IMG/VR virus record: IMGVR_UViG_3300032365_000044
Location: 1-44,182 of that record
Length of the DNA: 44,182 nucleotides
Source of the DNA: a virus
Taxonomy: Duplodnaviria > Caudoviricetes
Strand: one strand, 5' to 3'
The translations under genes were made by a program, and so were the position numbers. This document shows, one piece after another, positions 36,107 through 44,182 of the stretch. Within the stretch, counting starts at the first letter, position 1; each line of letters opens with the position of its first letter. A model generated the notes under the pieces. The model saw nothing but the letters and a program-made list of their open reading frames with translations. It was not told the origin of the DNA and ran no database searches.

Positions 36107-37019
36107 ACTTCCCCCATTCCCAGTGCCAATCAGGGTTATTATAATATTTCAACATGCTGGAAACTTCCAAAGAACTTGTTACTGCTAAAGTGCAAATACT
36201 TACAGAATTAGCCCCAATCTCGAAATATCGATTGATATCTTCGTATTCAGTAACTCCGCCTCCCATAATAATAGGGATATCAGGGAACTTTTTCCTCATC
36301 TCCAGATTGAAATCATAAGCAAGAGGATAAATCATACGCCCAGAAAATGCTCCATTTTTATATTTCCTGGCGTTTTCAGGCAGTGCAGCTGCTCCATGCC
36401 TCCTTGACTCCAACACAGCACTCCTAACTTTCAAGTTATCATAATAAACACCAACAGACACTGAATTTACTCCGTGAAGAGCACTCAAACCCGCATCTAC
36501 CCACTTTTTGAGCATATCTAAATCATCAAACACACCCACTTTCCCAACCAATAAAACATCAGGATATTTCTGTTTAATCACACGAATCAAATCAGATTTA
36601 CTAGAGAATCTATACCACATATTAGGACACGATAAATTCAACTCAACAATATCAGGTTCCAAATAATCAATACAGTCAAACCACTCGAACTCTGTCTTCC
36701 CAACGATACTAGGGATAATCCTAAATCCCTTCCTACGTTGCTCTTTGAGAATTCTACTAACCTTCACAGTTCCCGGATTCTTGAGTCCGTACTTATTAAA
36801 CATAGAATGGTATAACAAATATTTAACTTTGGGAATGTTCCATTTTGACTGAGGAGTAAAAGATTTAGTTATTATCGTTGTATTAGTATCCTTTACTGTG
36901 CTCAACAAACTCCTGTAATCAGAAGATGTCCACCTAAAATACGGGATACCATTTCCAAATCCCATTGCCGTTGAAATTACCACATTAGACAATTTGACCA
37001 TTTTTGATAGCTCAATCAT
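36090..37019 (-). CDS. pyrD: Dihydroorotate dehydrogenase (class 1, FMN TIM barrel), divergent
   Basis: ITKS, MFN.YGL.NPG, IIPSI.G, ELNLSCPN (catalytic Cys), VNS, GAFSG..I.P, PIIMGGGV, GA..V. Confidence 0.8.
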   Translation of the reverse strand: MIELSKMVKLSNVVISTAMGFGNGIPYFRWTSSDYRSLLSTVKDTNTTIITKSFTPQSKWNIPKVKYLLYHSMFNKYGLKNPGTVKVSRILKEQRRKGFRIIPSIVGKTEFEWFDCIDYLEPDIVELNLSCPNMWYRFSSKSDLIRVIKQKYPDVLLVGKVGVFDDLDMLKKWVDAGLSALHGVNSVSVGVYYDNLKVRSAVLESRRHGAAALPENARKYKNGAFSGRMIYPLAYDFNLEMRKKFPDIPIIMGGGVTEYEDINRYFEIGANSVSICTLAVTSSLEVSSMLKYYNNPDWHWEWGKYADTV

Positions 37020-37023
37020 TTCA

Positions 37024-37218
37024 TTACTCTCCTTTTTCTATAATATTTTCCCACACAGCATATGCGTGTTTGACATAACCACAAGCTACATGAAAACCAG
37101 AGTGCCCTAACAGTCTAGTACACCCAAAACCCTCCGCATTGAATTCTCCGCACACAGGAGCTTCTCCCTCAAGACACTCATTCTGACAAAGAGGGATGTC
37201 CTTCTTGACCTCGCTCAT
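37024..37218 (-). CDS. Small Cys/His-rich protein
   Basis: C...CT...GH.G.H motif; GGAGG RBS. Confidence 0.6.
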   Translation of the reverse strand: MSEVKKDIPLCQNECLEGEAPVCGEFNAEGFGCTRLLGHSGFHVACGYVKHAYAVWENIIEKGE

Positions 37219-37391
37219 TTAGTTTCCTCCCATTTAGCATTTCTATCTTTTGTTGTATAATTATCCATCCTCGGAAATCTAATACAAGTAGCACAGCTAT
37301 AACAACCTACATCATCAAACTGATATGAACAACCACTACAAGTATACTCCCTGAGCTCTGGTATAATGTCATTCATAGGTCGTTTTGGCAT
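37215..37391 (-). CDS. 58-aa Cys-rich hypothetical protein
   Basis: Read manually: MPKRPMND...CSGC...C..C..C...WEETK*; AGGAGG RBS. Confidence 0.55.
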   Translation of the reverse strand: MPKRPMNDIIPELREYTCSGCSYQFDDVGCYSCATCIRFPRMDNYTTKDRNAKWEETK

Positions 37392-37422
37392 AAACTCCTC
37401 CTTATCTCTTACTCTTCTCTAT

Positions 37423-39783
37423 TTATCCACATTTAGTAAACCCACAGTTTTTACAGACTGAACATCCGCCTTCTAACACTAACAGCTCACTACATTCAGG
37501 ACAAGCATCATCTAGTACTATTTTACCATAATTTCCATTCTCCTCATTAATCACTTCCACTATCTTTTTCAATAACCTAACTAAATGATAATGAGCCAAA
37601 GTTACTCCACCAATATCCTTGATAACCTTATTAATCTCTCTTGCATATACAAGCAAGTCAGTCTCTCCACTCAAACCCAACGAAATAACTCGATGAAGTG
37701 TGTAAACAGTAGGCTTGTCCTCGTCATCAAAAGGCAGAGTTGTTAGACTGTCAACATTTTTGGAGACCTTAAGACTCTTGCCTATTACTGATAATAAAGA
37801 ATCATTTGTCCATTTAGCAGCTTTCTTTATTTGCTTGATATATTCAGATAAATCTGTGTTTCCTTGTAACGCCGTTGCTATAATTCTACAACACGCAACT
37901 ATTCCTGAATAAATTGTTGTGTCAACATTGACTCTATCAGGAGGGAACATATAAATCTCCACAGGCTTACCTTTATATTCAGAAAACAACAGTGTAGCTT
38001 TTCCAGTAGGAGTTTCAACAAAAATTCTTTTAGCTTCTAAAATATCAGGCATTTCTACAGTACCGCCTTTCTCCAAAACCTGTACTTGCCTGCTGCCATC
38101 TCTATATACTGTAAATCCTTTCAGACCCAACTCATGTGCAAGAAGTATACACTTTTCAACATCTTCTTTTGTTGACGTAAAAGGCATATTTATTGTTTTG
38201 CTCACAGCATTACTAACAAATTTTTGGAAGCTACTTTGCATCTTGATATGTTCTTCAGGAGTTATATCAGATGCTACTACAAAATACTCTTTATCCTCAT
38301 CAGAAATCCAGTCTATATCTTTGACTGGTTTATTTATTAAGTCTACTACTCTATCAGAATCTATCCCTTTTTCCTTCATATATTCTTCAATAACAGAATT
38401 GACTACAATAAATTTATGTTTACCATCTAAAGCAGTCCGATAATATGCTAAATTGAAATTAGGTTCTATTCCCCCGGAGCAGTTAGCGATAATACTCAAA
38501 CTCCCAGTTGGTGCAATTGTAGTGACAGTAGCATTTCTCAATCCATGCTGTTCAATCTTTCGCAATAAATAATCCCCATCGGGATAAACAGCATAGTCAG
38601 CAAAAACAGAATAATTCATAGTCGCATCCAAAGGAAATGCCCCTCTTTCAACAGCCAAATCAATAGAAGCATAAAGAGCATTAAATTGTATAAATCGCAT
38701 CAAAATTTCCGCCCACTCCAAAGAATCATTTGCCCCATATCTGATTTTCATCCTATACAACAAATCAGCCCAACCCATAACTCCCAAACCAATCTTTCTA
38801 CTATTACGCACTTTCTCGTAAATCTTTTGCTCAGGAAATTTATTGACATCTATTGTATCATCTAAAAATCTAACCGTATTCCTGACACATAATTGTAGCT
38901 TGCCCCAATCGATATCCTTAATATCACCATCCCAAAACTTTGAAACATTTATAGATGCCAACGTGCAAGCTTCATTGTGAGACAAAACTTGCTCGCCGCA
39001 GGGATTGCTAGTATTAATCGGTTGAGAGTGTGGCAGTGGATCATGTTTCTTGATTGTATCCCAAAACATAATCCCAGGTTCTCCGTTTCTCCAAGCCCCA
39101 TCCACAATCAAATCCCACAACTGTTTAGTAAGCACACGTTTTCTGATACGACCAGCAAATACTAAATCAAAATATTTTTCGCCATTTTTGACACTATCAA
39201 TAAACGTATCCGACATGCCTACAGATATGTTGACATTAGCAAAAATTCCTTCTTTCCTTTTAGCCACAATAAATTTCTCAATATCTGGATGATCCACCTT
39301 AAGAAGTGCTAAATTGGCAGAATGCCTAGCACCACTTTGAGTAACTACATCCCCTACTGTAGAATATAATTTTAGAAAACTAACAGGACCACTTGCAGTT
39401 CCGTGGGTGCTATTTACTGAATCCCCACATGGTCTTAAATTAGATAAATTGTATCCCACGCCCCCTCCATATTTTGTTACCAAACAGGCAGAATAAGCTG
39501 TATCCATAATAGAAAGCATGTCATCATCAGGACAGAAACCAAAACAAGCTGATAAACTTCTCTTGCCTTCTACACCAGCATTAAACAAAACCGGGCTATT
39601 CGGCAACATAATACCGTTATACATATAATCAAAAATTTGTTGCTTGAAACCATCTTCCTCATTGACACAAATAGTATTTACTATTCTATTAACTAGTCCA
39701 TTCCAATCTTCTATAGCATTTCCTTTCTCATCTTTTCGGTAGTATCTATTCTTAAGTATTAACTCCGCATTGTGTGTTATCAT
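37423..39783 (-). CDS. nrdJ: Class II (adenosylcobalamin-dependent) ribonucleotide reductase
   Basis: PNSP.LFNAG, LSACF, GGGVG, ASGPVSF, NGEPG, NPCGEQ, ACTLASIN, R.IGLGVMG, TIAPTG, GIEP, SKTIN, KG.TVYRDGSR, C-terminal CPEC...C..CG..KC; no beta subunit nearby. Confidence 0.9.
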   Translation of the reverse strand: MITHNAELILKNRYYRKDEKGNAIEDWNGLVNRIVNTICVNEEDGFKQQIFDYMYNGIMLPNSPVLFNAGVEGKRSLSACFGFCPDDDMLSIMDTAYSACLVTKYGGGVGYNLSNLRPCGDSVNSTHGTASGPVSFLKLYSTVGDVVTQSGARHSANLALLKVDHPDIEKFIVAKRKEGIFANVNISVGMSDTFIDSVKNGEKYFDLVFAGRIRKRVLTKQLWDLIVDGAWRNGEPGIMFWDTIKKHDPLPHSQPINTSNPCGEQVLSHNEACTLASINVSKFWDGDIKDIDWGKLQLCVRNTVRFLDDTIDVNKFPEQKIYEKVRNSRKIGLGVMGWADLLYRMKIRYGANDSLEWAEILMRFIQFNALYASIDLAVERGAFPLDATMNYSVFADYAVYPDGDYLLRKIEQHGLRNATVTTIAPTGSLSIIANCSGGIEPNFNLAYYRTALDGKHKFIVVNSVIEEYMKEKGIDSDRVVDLINKPVKDIDWISDEDKEYFVVASDITPEEHIKMQSSFQKFVSNAVSKTINMPFTSTKEDVEKCILLAHELGLKGFTVYRDGSRQVQVLEKGGTVEMPDILEAKRIFVETPTGKATLLFSEYKGKPVEIYMFPPDRVNVDTTIYSGIVACCRIIATALQGNTDLSEYIKQIKKAAKWTNDSLLSVIGKSLKVSKNVDSLTTLPFDDEDKPTVYTLHRVISLGLSGETDLLVYAREINKVIKDIGGVTLAHYHLVRLLKKIVEVINEENGNYGKIVLDDACPECSELLVLEGGCSVCKNCGFTKCG

Positions 39784-41092
39784 TTTTCCTTGTCACTCCA
39801 TTATCACCAAACAACAGATTATCTACTGTCACATTAGCGTCAGTGCTGCTTAAACGCTTGAATTCTTTCTTAAGTTGATCATATAACGCAGCAGGAATTT
39901 CTGTTATTTGAGATTTATCAATATCAAACTTAAGCCGTACTATTGCTCCGGTTTTTCCCTCTCTAACTTTAGCCAAATGCATACTACCAACTTCACCATA
40001 GTCTTGGCTCCTACCAAGCCCGATTTGAATATCAGTAGCATGTTGTTTCCTGGTAGACTCGACAGGTGCTTCCAAAGGCAGTACTTCATCCTCCCAATAT
40101 TCCTTTTTAGATTGAGAGGCCATAAAACCCAACATACCATTGATGTCAAGCACCCCTTTAAATCTGCTATAAGTATAACCCCCGTTTTTGTACATATTTT
40201 CATTTTTTTCCACAAGGTTCCCGTCATAATCAACAAATACCACATGAACTGGGTTAACTCTGTGATGACGAGCAACAAGACCACAAAGTTGATCAATATC
40301 TAAACTCAATGCAGGATGACATTCTATCACAAGATTGCCCATCACATCATCTATATATTGATATGGATTCAAAGCAACATCTCGGCATGATAGTCCAGTT
40401 CGACACGCTGAATACTTTACATACAAACCATAAGGAGTCATATCACTCAATGCTATATGCAAAACCCTAAATCCTTTGGTTATAAAATTGACTCCTTCAT
40501 TAACAAGAAATGTGGTTTTGCCTGTTCCAGTTTTTGCCGTCAACAAAACCAAATTCCTTTTTCTGTAACCTCCAAACAACAGCGATCTATTAATTACATT
40601 ATATTTGCTCTCTATAACTGCAACACTTGATTCCCCACTTGTCTCTAAATTATAAGCAGCTTCTACATCTTCTCTTTTAGAAAAGTCAAAAGATTTTTTA
40701 AAACGCAAATCCAAAGAAGCAGCTTCAGAGAAAATTGGCAGAGCACTCTTAACTCCCCCTGATTCATGGCACTTCACCATGCCTTTAGCCACCATTCTAT
40801 CCTGAATGTGACTTTCAAATGCTATAAGAGCCGTTTTTATGTCACTATCTGACAAGGGGTCTTTTACATTATTCAGAGCTGAAATCACCGCTGGTCTGTC
40901 CTCATGGCCTTCAAGTTTATCCAAAATAACTGTTAAAATGCCTATTGAGGGTCGTCCCTCAATAGTAGATAACGCTTCATACATAATCCGTGCTGCTTCA
41001 TCTTGGAATAAACTGCTGTCCAAATAAGGACATACCACATTCCGTAGTACTGGATCAACTAATAATGCTACAAGAGATATTTCTCTACTCAT
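39752..41092 (-). CDS. Replicative DNA helicase (DnaB/gp41-like)
   Basis: AKTGTGKT Walker A, VFVDY, MASQ, ES..K...D, K.R.G. Confidence 0.87.
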   Translation of the reverse strand: MSREISLVALLVDPVLRNVVCPYLDSSLFQDEAARIMYEALSTIEGRPSIGILTVILDKLEGHEDRPAVISALNNVKDPLSDSDIKTALIAFESHIQDRMVAKGMVKCHESGGVKSALPIFSEAASLDLRFKKSFDFSKREDVEAAYNLETSGESSVAVIESKYNVINRSLLFGGYRKRNLVLLTAKTGTGKTTFLVNEGVNFITKGFRVLHIALSDMTPYGLYVKYSACRTGLSCRDVALNPYQYIDDVMGNLVIECHPALSLDIDQLCGLVARHHRVNPVHVVFVDYDGNLVEKNENMYKNGGYTYSRFKGVLDINGMLGFMASQSKKEYWEDEVLPLEAPVESTRKQHATDIQIGLGRSQDYGEVGSMHLAKVREGKTGAIVRLKFDIDKSQITEIPAALYDQLKKEFKRLSSTDANVTVDNLLFGDNGVTRKNDNTQCGVNT

Positions 41093-41108
41093 AACACCTC
41101 CATAGAAT

Positions 41109-41321
41109 TTATTCTGCGTCTAGGAGCAAGCAATCTTCACCATCTCGGAGCTTTTCCACCAAAAAACATGGTTCAGTAACAGGCACAAAGACAGTTTCCC
41201 ACGTAAATAGAGCTGGTAAATCCGGGGGCAATGTCAGTAATTTATCAATAATTTCAGATACCGTCATAGTTTCCAATGCTCTTGGATCACCATTGCTTCT
41301 TTTGTAATGAACTATCTTCAT
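41109..41321 (-). CDS. Hypothetical protein
   Basis: MTV.E.I.KL..LP.D motif common in phages. Confidence 0.6.
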   Translation of the reverse strand: MKIVHYKRSNGDPRALETMTVSEIIDKLLTLPPDLPALFTWETVFVPVTEPCFLVEKLRDGEDCLLLDAE

Positions 41322-41331
41322 TTGTTGCCTC

Positions 41332-41709
41332 CTAATCCCACAAATTCAAAAAGTTCTCTGCAAATAGTTCTAATCCCACTTTCGCCTTATTAACAGCATT
41401 TCTATTTGCATCGTCATCGGAAACCAGTTTGCCATCTTCTATCTTTATAAATGCCAAATTATCCAAATACTTGGCAGCCTCAAAACCTTGAGCCATTGTC
41501 TCTAATATTGCCCTCCATTTGTGACACTCATCATTCTCTTTGTGTTGATCATAGTAAGCATCTGGACAACCATGACAATTATCTCCTAGCCTTCTTAATG
41601 CTGGAGCAATTATATCGCACAAATAGCTAAAAAAATTCCAAGTGTCCTCGTCAGCCCAACCCCGCCTGCCTCTTTGATAAAATGATTTAATCTTTCTAAA
41701 TAATCTCAA
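41332..41709 (-). CDS. Phage hypothetical protein
   Basis: QR..RGW.D.D.W...YL...W..IL..M..GF...GL.LF...F..LWD motif. Confidence 0.7.
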   Translation of the reverse strand: MRLFRKIKSFYQRGRRGWADEDTWNFFSYLCDIIAPALRRLGDNCHGCPDAYYDQHKENDECHKWRAILETMAQGFEAAKYLDNLAFIKIEDGKLVSDDDANRNAVNKAKVGLELFAENFLNLWD

Positions 41710-41993
41710 TGGCGACCTCCATTCCTATATTTTTCTTCTATCCACCAATCACTACCACCACACTCATACCCATCATCACGAGTACTAGTACCCCAAGGAA
41801 TATTATCATTAGGTTTACTTGTTTCTTTTTCAACTTCCTCAATCTGGTCTAACATCTCTTCCATACTCTCGTGTGCTTGGCGTAAATACTCTTCAGCACC
41901 CGAAGTATCCCCACCGAAAGAGTTATTTTTCATATGGTTATAAATTGCCTCAATTACTACAAGAGCTAAACTTCTCATGCTTTCCCTCAACAT
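41706..41993 (-). CDS. Hypothetical protein
   Basis: 95 aa in operon. Confidence 0.55.
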   Translation of the reverse strand: MLRESMRSLALVVIEAIYNHMKNNSFGGDTSGAEEYLRQAHESMEEMLDQIEEVEKETSKPNDNIPWGTSTRDDGYECGGSDWWIEEKYRNGGRH

Positions 41994-42391
41994 AGAATAG
42001 CCTCCTTCTTTACCGATGAACGATGAAGTTTTATCATTATCCAGTCATTATAATATACTATATCCTCTAACACTCCTCTGTTGAACTGTTCCTTTGCCTC
42101 CATATAGTTAACCATCCCACGAGTCCTGCATAAGAATAGAATCTCCCTTCTAAAATTGTCCTTTCCCAATTCCTTAATATCTTTGAGAAGCTCTTTGTTG
42201 CTTCCCCAATATTTTTGCCAATCAGATTGAACTAATTTTTTCTTCTTTTTACCTTTTAGTTGATATGTTTTGTTCCTCCAGAAATATTTACGACCTATAT
42301 ACTTCCTATTATTGGTTAAGTTTGTTATACAATAAACAAATCCGTAATAGTCAGTAGGGTCAAGAAACTCTTCACCCTTATATATCCACAA
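41987..42391 (-). CDS. GIY-YIG endonuclease (Seg-like)
   Basis: YGFVYCITN..N.RKYIGRK, W..YWGS, F.REIL, E...Q, YYN. Confidence 0.88.
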   Translation of the reverse strand: MWIYKGEEFLDPTDYYGFVYCITNLTNNRKYIGRKYFWRNKTYQLKGKKKKKLVQSDWQKYWGSNKELLKDIKELGKDNFRREILFLCRTRGMVNYMEAKEQFNRGVLEDIVYYNDWIMIKLHRSSVKKEAILC

Positions 42392-42393
42392 AA

Positions 42394-42549
42394 CTATTTG
42401 CCATGTTCGTGAAAAGCAACATCAAATAAAAACCTGCCTATATCATGATTTGTCTGTTCCGTAACCTCAAAACCCCTTTCTTCAAGGTACTTCAATAACT
42501 CGCACTTTTTGTCATGGACATAGGTGTAATCAATGATAGTGCTATTCAT
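42394..42549 (-). CDS. 51-aa hypothetical protein
   Basis: Read manually: MNSTIIDYTY...HEHGK*; AGGAGG RBS. Confidence 0.5.
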   Translation of the reverse strand: MNSTIIDYTYVHDKKCELLKYLEERGFEVTEQTNHDIGRFLFDVAFHEHGK

Positions 42550-42569
42550 AAATTCCTCCTATTATATTT

Positions 42570-42785
42570 TTACTCATATCTTGCAATAAGATACAAATCA
42601 ATAGCTTTTTTGACCTTACTCTCTGACGTAGGTGTATGTGCTTCTCCAGATTCAACCATAGAATTCAATAAACAAACACACTCAAACAAACACTTTTCCC
42701 TTTTCGTCTTAGCACGAGTAAATTGAGATAGTTCCAAAAACAGCTTATCCAGTATTTCAGTTTCCATCATTTCACTCTCCAACAT
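42570..42785 (-). CDS. Hypothetical protein
   Basis: IDKLFLELSQF-like motif; 71 aa. Confidence 0.55.
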   Translation of the reverse strand: MLESEMMETEILDKLFLELSQFTRAKTKREKCLFECVCLLNSMVESGEAHTPTSESKVKKAIDLYLIARYE

Positions 42786-43059
42786 GGTTTAATATGCCAA
42801 TAGTCATTATACAAAAATCTTTCAATAACCCGTATTTGTCACCACGCAGCATATACAATACTTTACCTCTTATCTCTCTACCAGTATATACCAAGGGTGC
42901 TCCCCTCAACATCTCATAGCCACTAAATTGTGTCTCTTTCAGAATCAGATCATCTCCGACTTGAAAGTTTCTGTCGTTATACCGGACTTCCCAGGGCTTA
43001 ATCCCTAAATACGTTGCTTGGAATTCATAAGAATCTGTCTTTAATGTATGCACTTTCAT
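42772..43059 (-). CDS. DUF3850 / ASCH (PUA-like) domain protein
   Basis: H.LK....F.....G.K..EVR.NDR.FQVGD.L.L.E...YTGR; start MKVH at 43059 behind a GGAGG RBS. Confidence 0.85.
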   Translation of the reverse strand: MKVHTLKTDSYEFQATYLGIKPWEVRYNDRNFQVGDDLILKETQFSGYEMLRGAPLVYTGREIRGKVLYMLRGDKYGLLKDFCIMTIGILNHVGE

Positions 43060-43073
43060 TACAGCAACCTCCT

Positions 43074-43220
43074 TTACTGATAAATGAATATATGATGATG
43101 CACCCACTCCACAAAATCAATAAAACCTATTACAGGAAACAACAACAACGCAAGTACAAATATCAATATTACAATAGCTGCTAGCAGCAGGTGTTCGAGC
43201 ACAGATGGAGATAGTTTCAT
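43074..43220 (-). CDS. 48-aa membrane peptide
   Basis: Read manually: MKLSPSVLEHLLLAAIVILIFVLALLLFPVIGF...; ATGA overlap with the recombinase stop. Confidence 0.5.
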   Translation of the reverse strand: MKLSPSVLEHLLLAAIVILIFVLALLLFPVIGFIDFVEWVHHHIFIYQ

Positions 43221-44182
43221 GATTTTAGAACAGTTTCACCATTCTTCAATTGATACAATATTTTCACCAAAACAAACTTTTCCTTAAAATAGTTCAACAA
43301 AGAAGCTTTTATATTCTTTATTAATACAGCATCCTTGAGCAATTCATCAAATCTAACTTTCTTCTCACTTCCAGGAACAGTATACCATCCCTTGTTTTGC
43401 TCAATAAGTCCATATTCAATACCAGCCAATAACAAAGAATAATTAGAGTCAATAACCCCGCCTGAACGCCCACTGATATACACTGGCAAATTCCTAATGG
43501 AAGGGCAAAATTTGCTTTTAGTAGTACTAATTCTCTTCAAAGAGTACTCTAATTCTTTTATTGTATCTTTAGGCTTGCTGTCTTCAGACTTCTTTGTGTC
43601 TTCTTTAACATCTATATAATAATCCTTTTCCGTGTCAAAATGGAGAGAGTACTGAACATCATGTTTGAGTCCAAATCCTTCACCAGACTTAATTTGAGCA
43701 GCAGCATAAGGACCTCGTGGCATAGTAGTATAAACTTGATTCGGAAGTAATACCACAATAGGCTTCCTATATACTTTGGACATCATCTGCCGAAGATAAA
43801 ACTTCATAACTTGAGGTCTATCACCTTGGCCACCAGCAAATCTATCACTGCCTTCTACACCCTTCTCTGTAGGACAAACAGAAATAGAATCCCAAATAAT
43901 CAACAATGGTTCATTAAAATCATTATCTGTAAATAATAAATCAATCACATGCTTTATTACTCCAAATCCTTTCTCTATAGTAGAAGACGGAGCCACCAAT
44001 ATACGCTCTTTGGGAATCTTATCAAAGTTCCCCAAAGAATCTACATCTATATCATACCAATCAGACGGCCAGCCAAATGCGTATATCAGTCTAATTTGAT
44101 CCCCCGATTGTTCAGCATCCAAAAACAATATCTTGCCCTTTGGATAATCCTCAACAAACAGTCCCCCAACCTGATAACAAAA
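43217..44182 (-). CDS. RecA/UvsX-like recombinase, 5'-truncated by window edge
   Basis: FLDAE, IIWDSIS Walker B, NQVY, G.GLKH, KSKF, GWY; the frame stays open to base 44182. Confidence 0.85.
   Translation of the reverse strand, partial: FCYQVGGLFVEDYPKGKILFLDAEQSGDQIRLIYAFGWPSDWYDIDVDSLGNFDKIPKERILVAPSSTIEKGFGVIKHVIDLLFTDNDFNEPLLIIWDSISVCPTEKGVEGSDRFAGGQGDRPQVMKFYLRQMMSKVYRKPIVVLLPNQVYTTMPRGPYAAAQIKSGEGFGLKHDVQYSLHFDTEKDYYIDVKEDTKKSEDSKPKDTIKELEYSLKRISTTKSKFCPSIRNLPVYISGRSGGVIDSNYSLLLAGIEYGLIEQNKGWYTVPGSEKKVRFDELLKDAVLIKNIKASLLNYFKEKFVLVKILYQLKNGETVLKS

Noticed and set aside
912-42726. Numerous plus-strand ORFs in the track (e.g. 8440-8895, 11827-12309, 16543-16932, 39908-40303)
   Set aside because: Antisense shadows of well-supported minus-strand genes, with no RBS or motifs; only 13883-14038 was retained.
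1-44182. CRISPR array, integrase/att sites, stop-codon recoding, inteins or introns in terL/nrdJ/helicase
   Set aside because: No repeat-spacer array or integrase seen; core genes are full length in the standard code, without large insertions or intein motifs.

Overview
AT-rich fragment of a large lytic dsDNA bacteriophage with a T4-like head module. Almost all genes are on the minus strand and use the standard genetic code. In transcription order (right to left) it has four blocks. (1) Replication/nucleotide block: RecA/UvsX-like recombinase (cut by the window edge), GIY-YIG endonuclease, DnaB-like helicase, class II ribonucleotide reductase and dihydroorotate dehydrogenase. (2) A sigma-like gene, a Mor-like gene, putative TerS, TerL and primase. 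(3) A long accessory region. (4) tRNA-Gly, then portal, protease-scaffold fusion, major capsid protein, a Zn-finger homing endonuclease, a T3 SAMase-like gene and virion proteins. The most notable item is an accessory cluster that interleaves a deamidating NAD salvage pair (PncB, PncA-like nicotinamidase) with a TerY-P-like triad (PP2C phosphatase, Ser/Thr kinase, vWA). Others are a lone plus-strand small gene with an apparent sigma54 promoter and tandem enhancer-like sites, an identical 25-bp element upstream of both portal and capsid genes, an acyl-carrier-protein fusion, and the SAM-lyase homologue. All calls come from motif recognition by eye; no searches were run.
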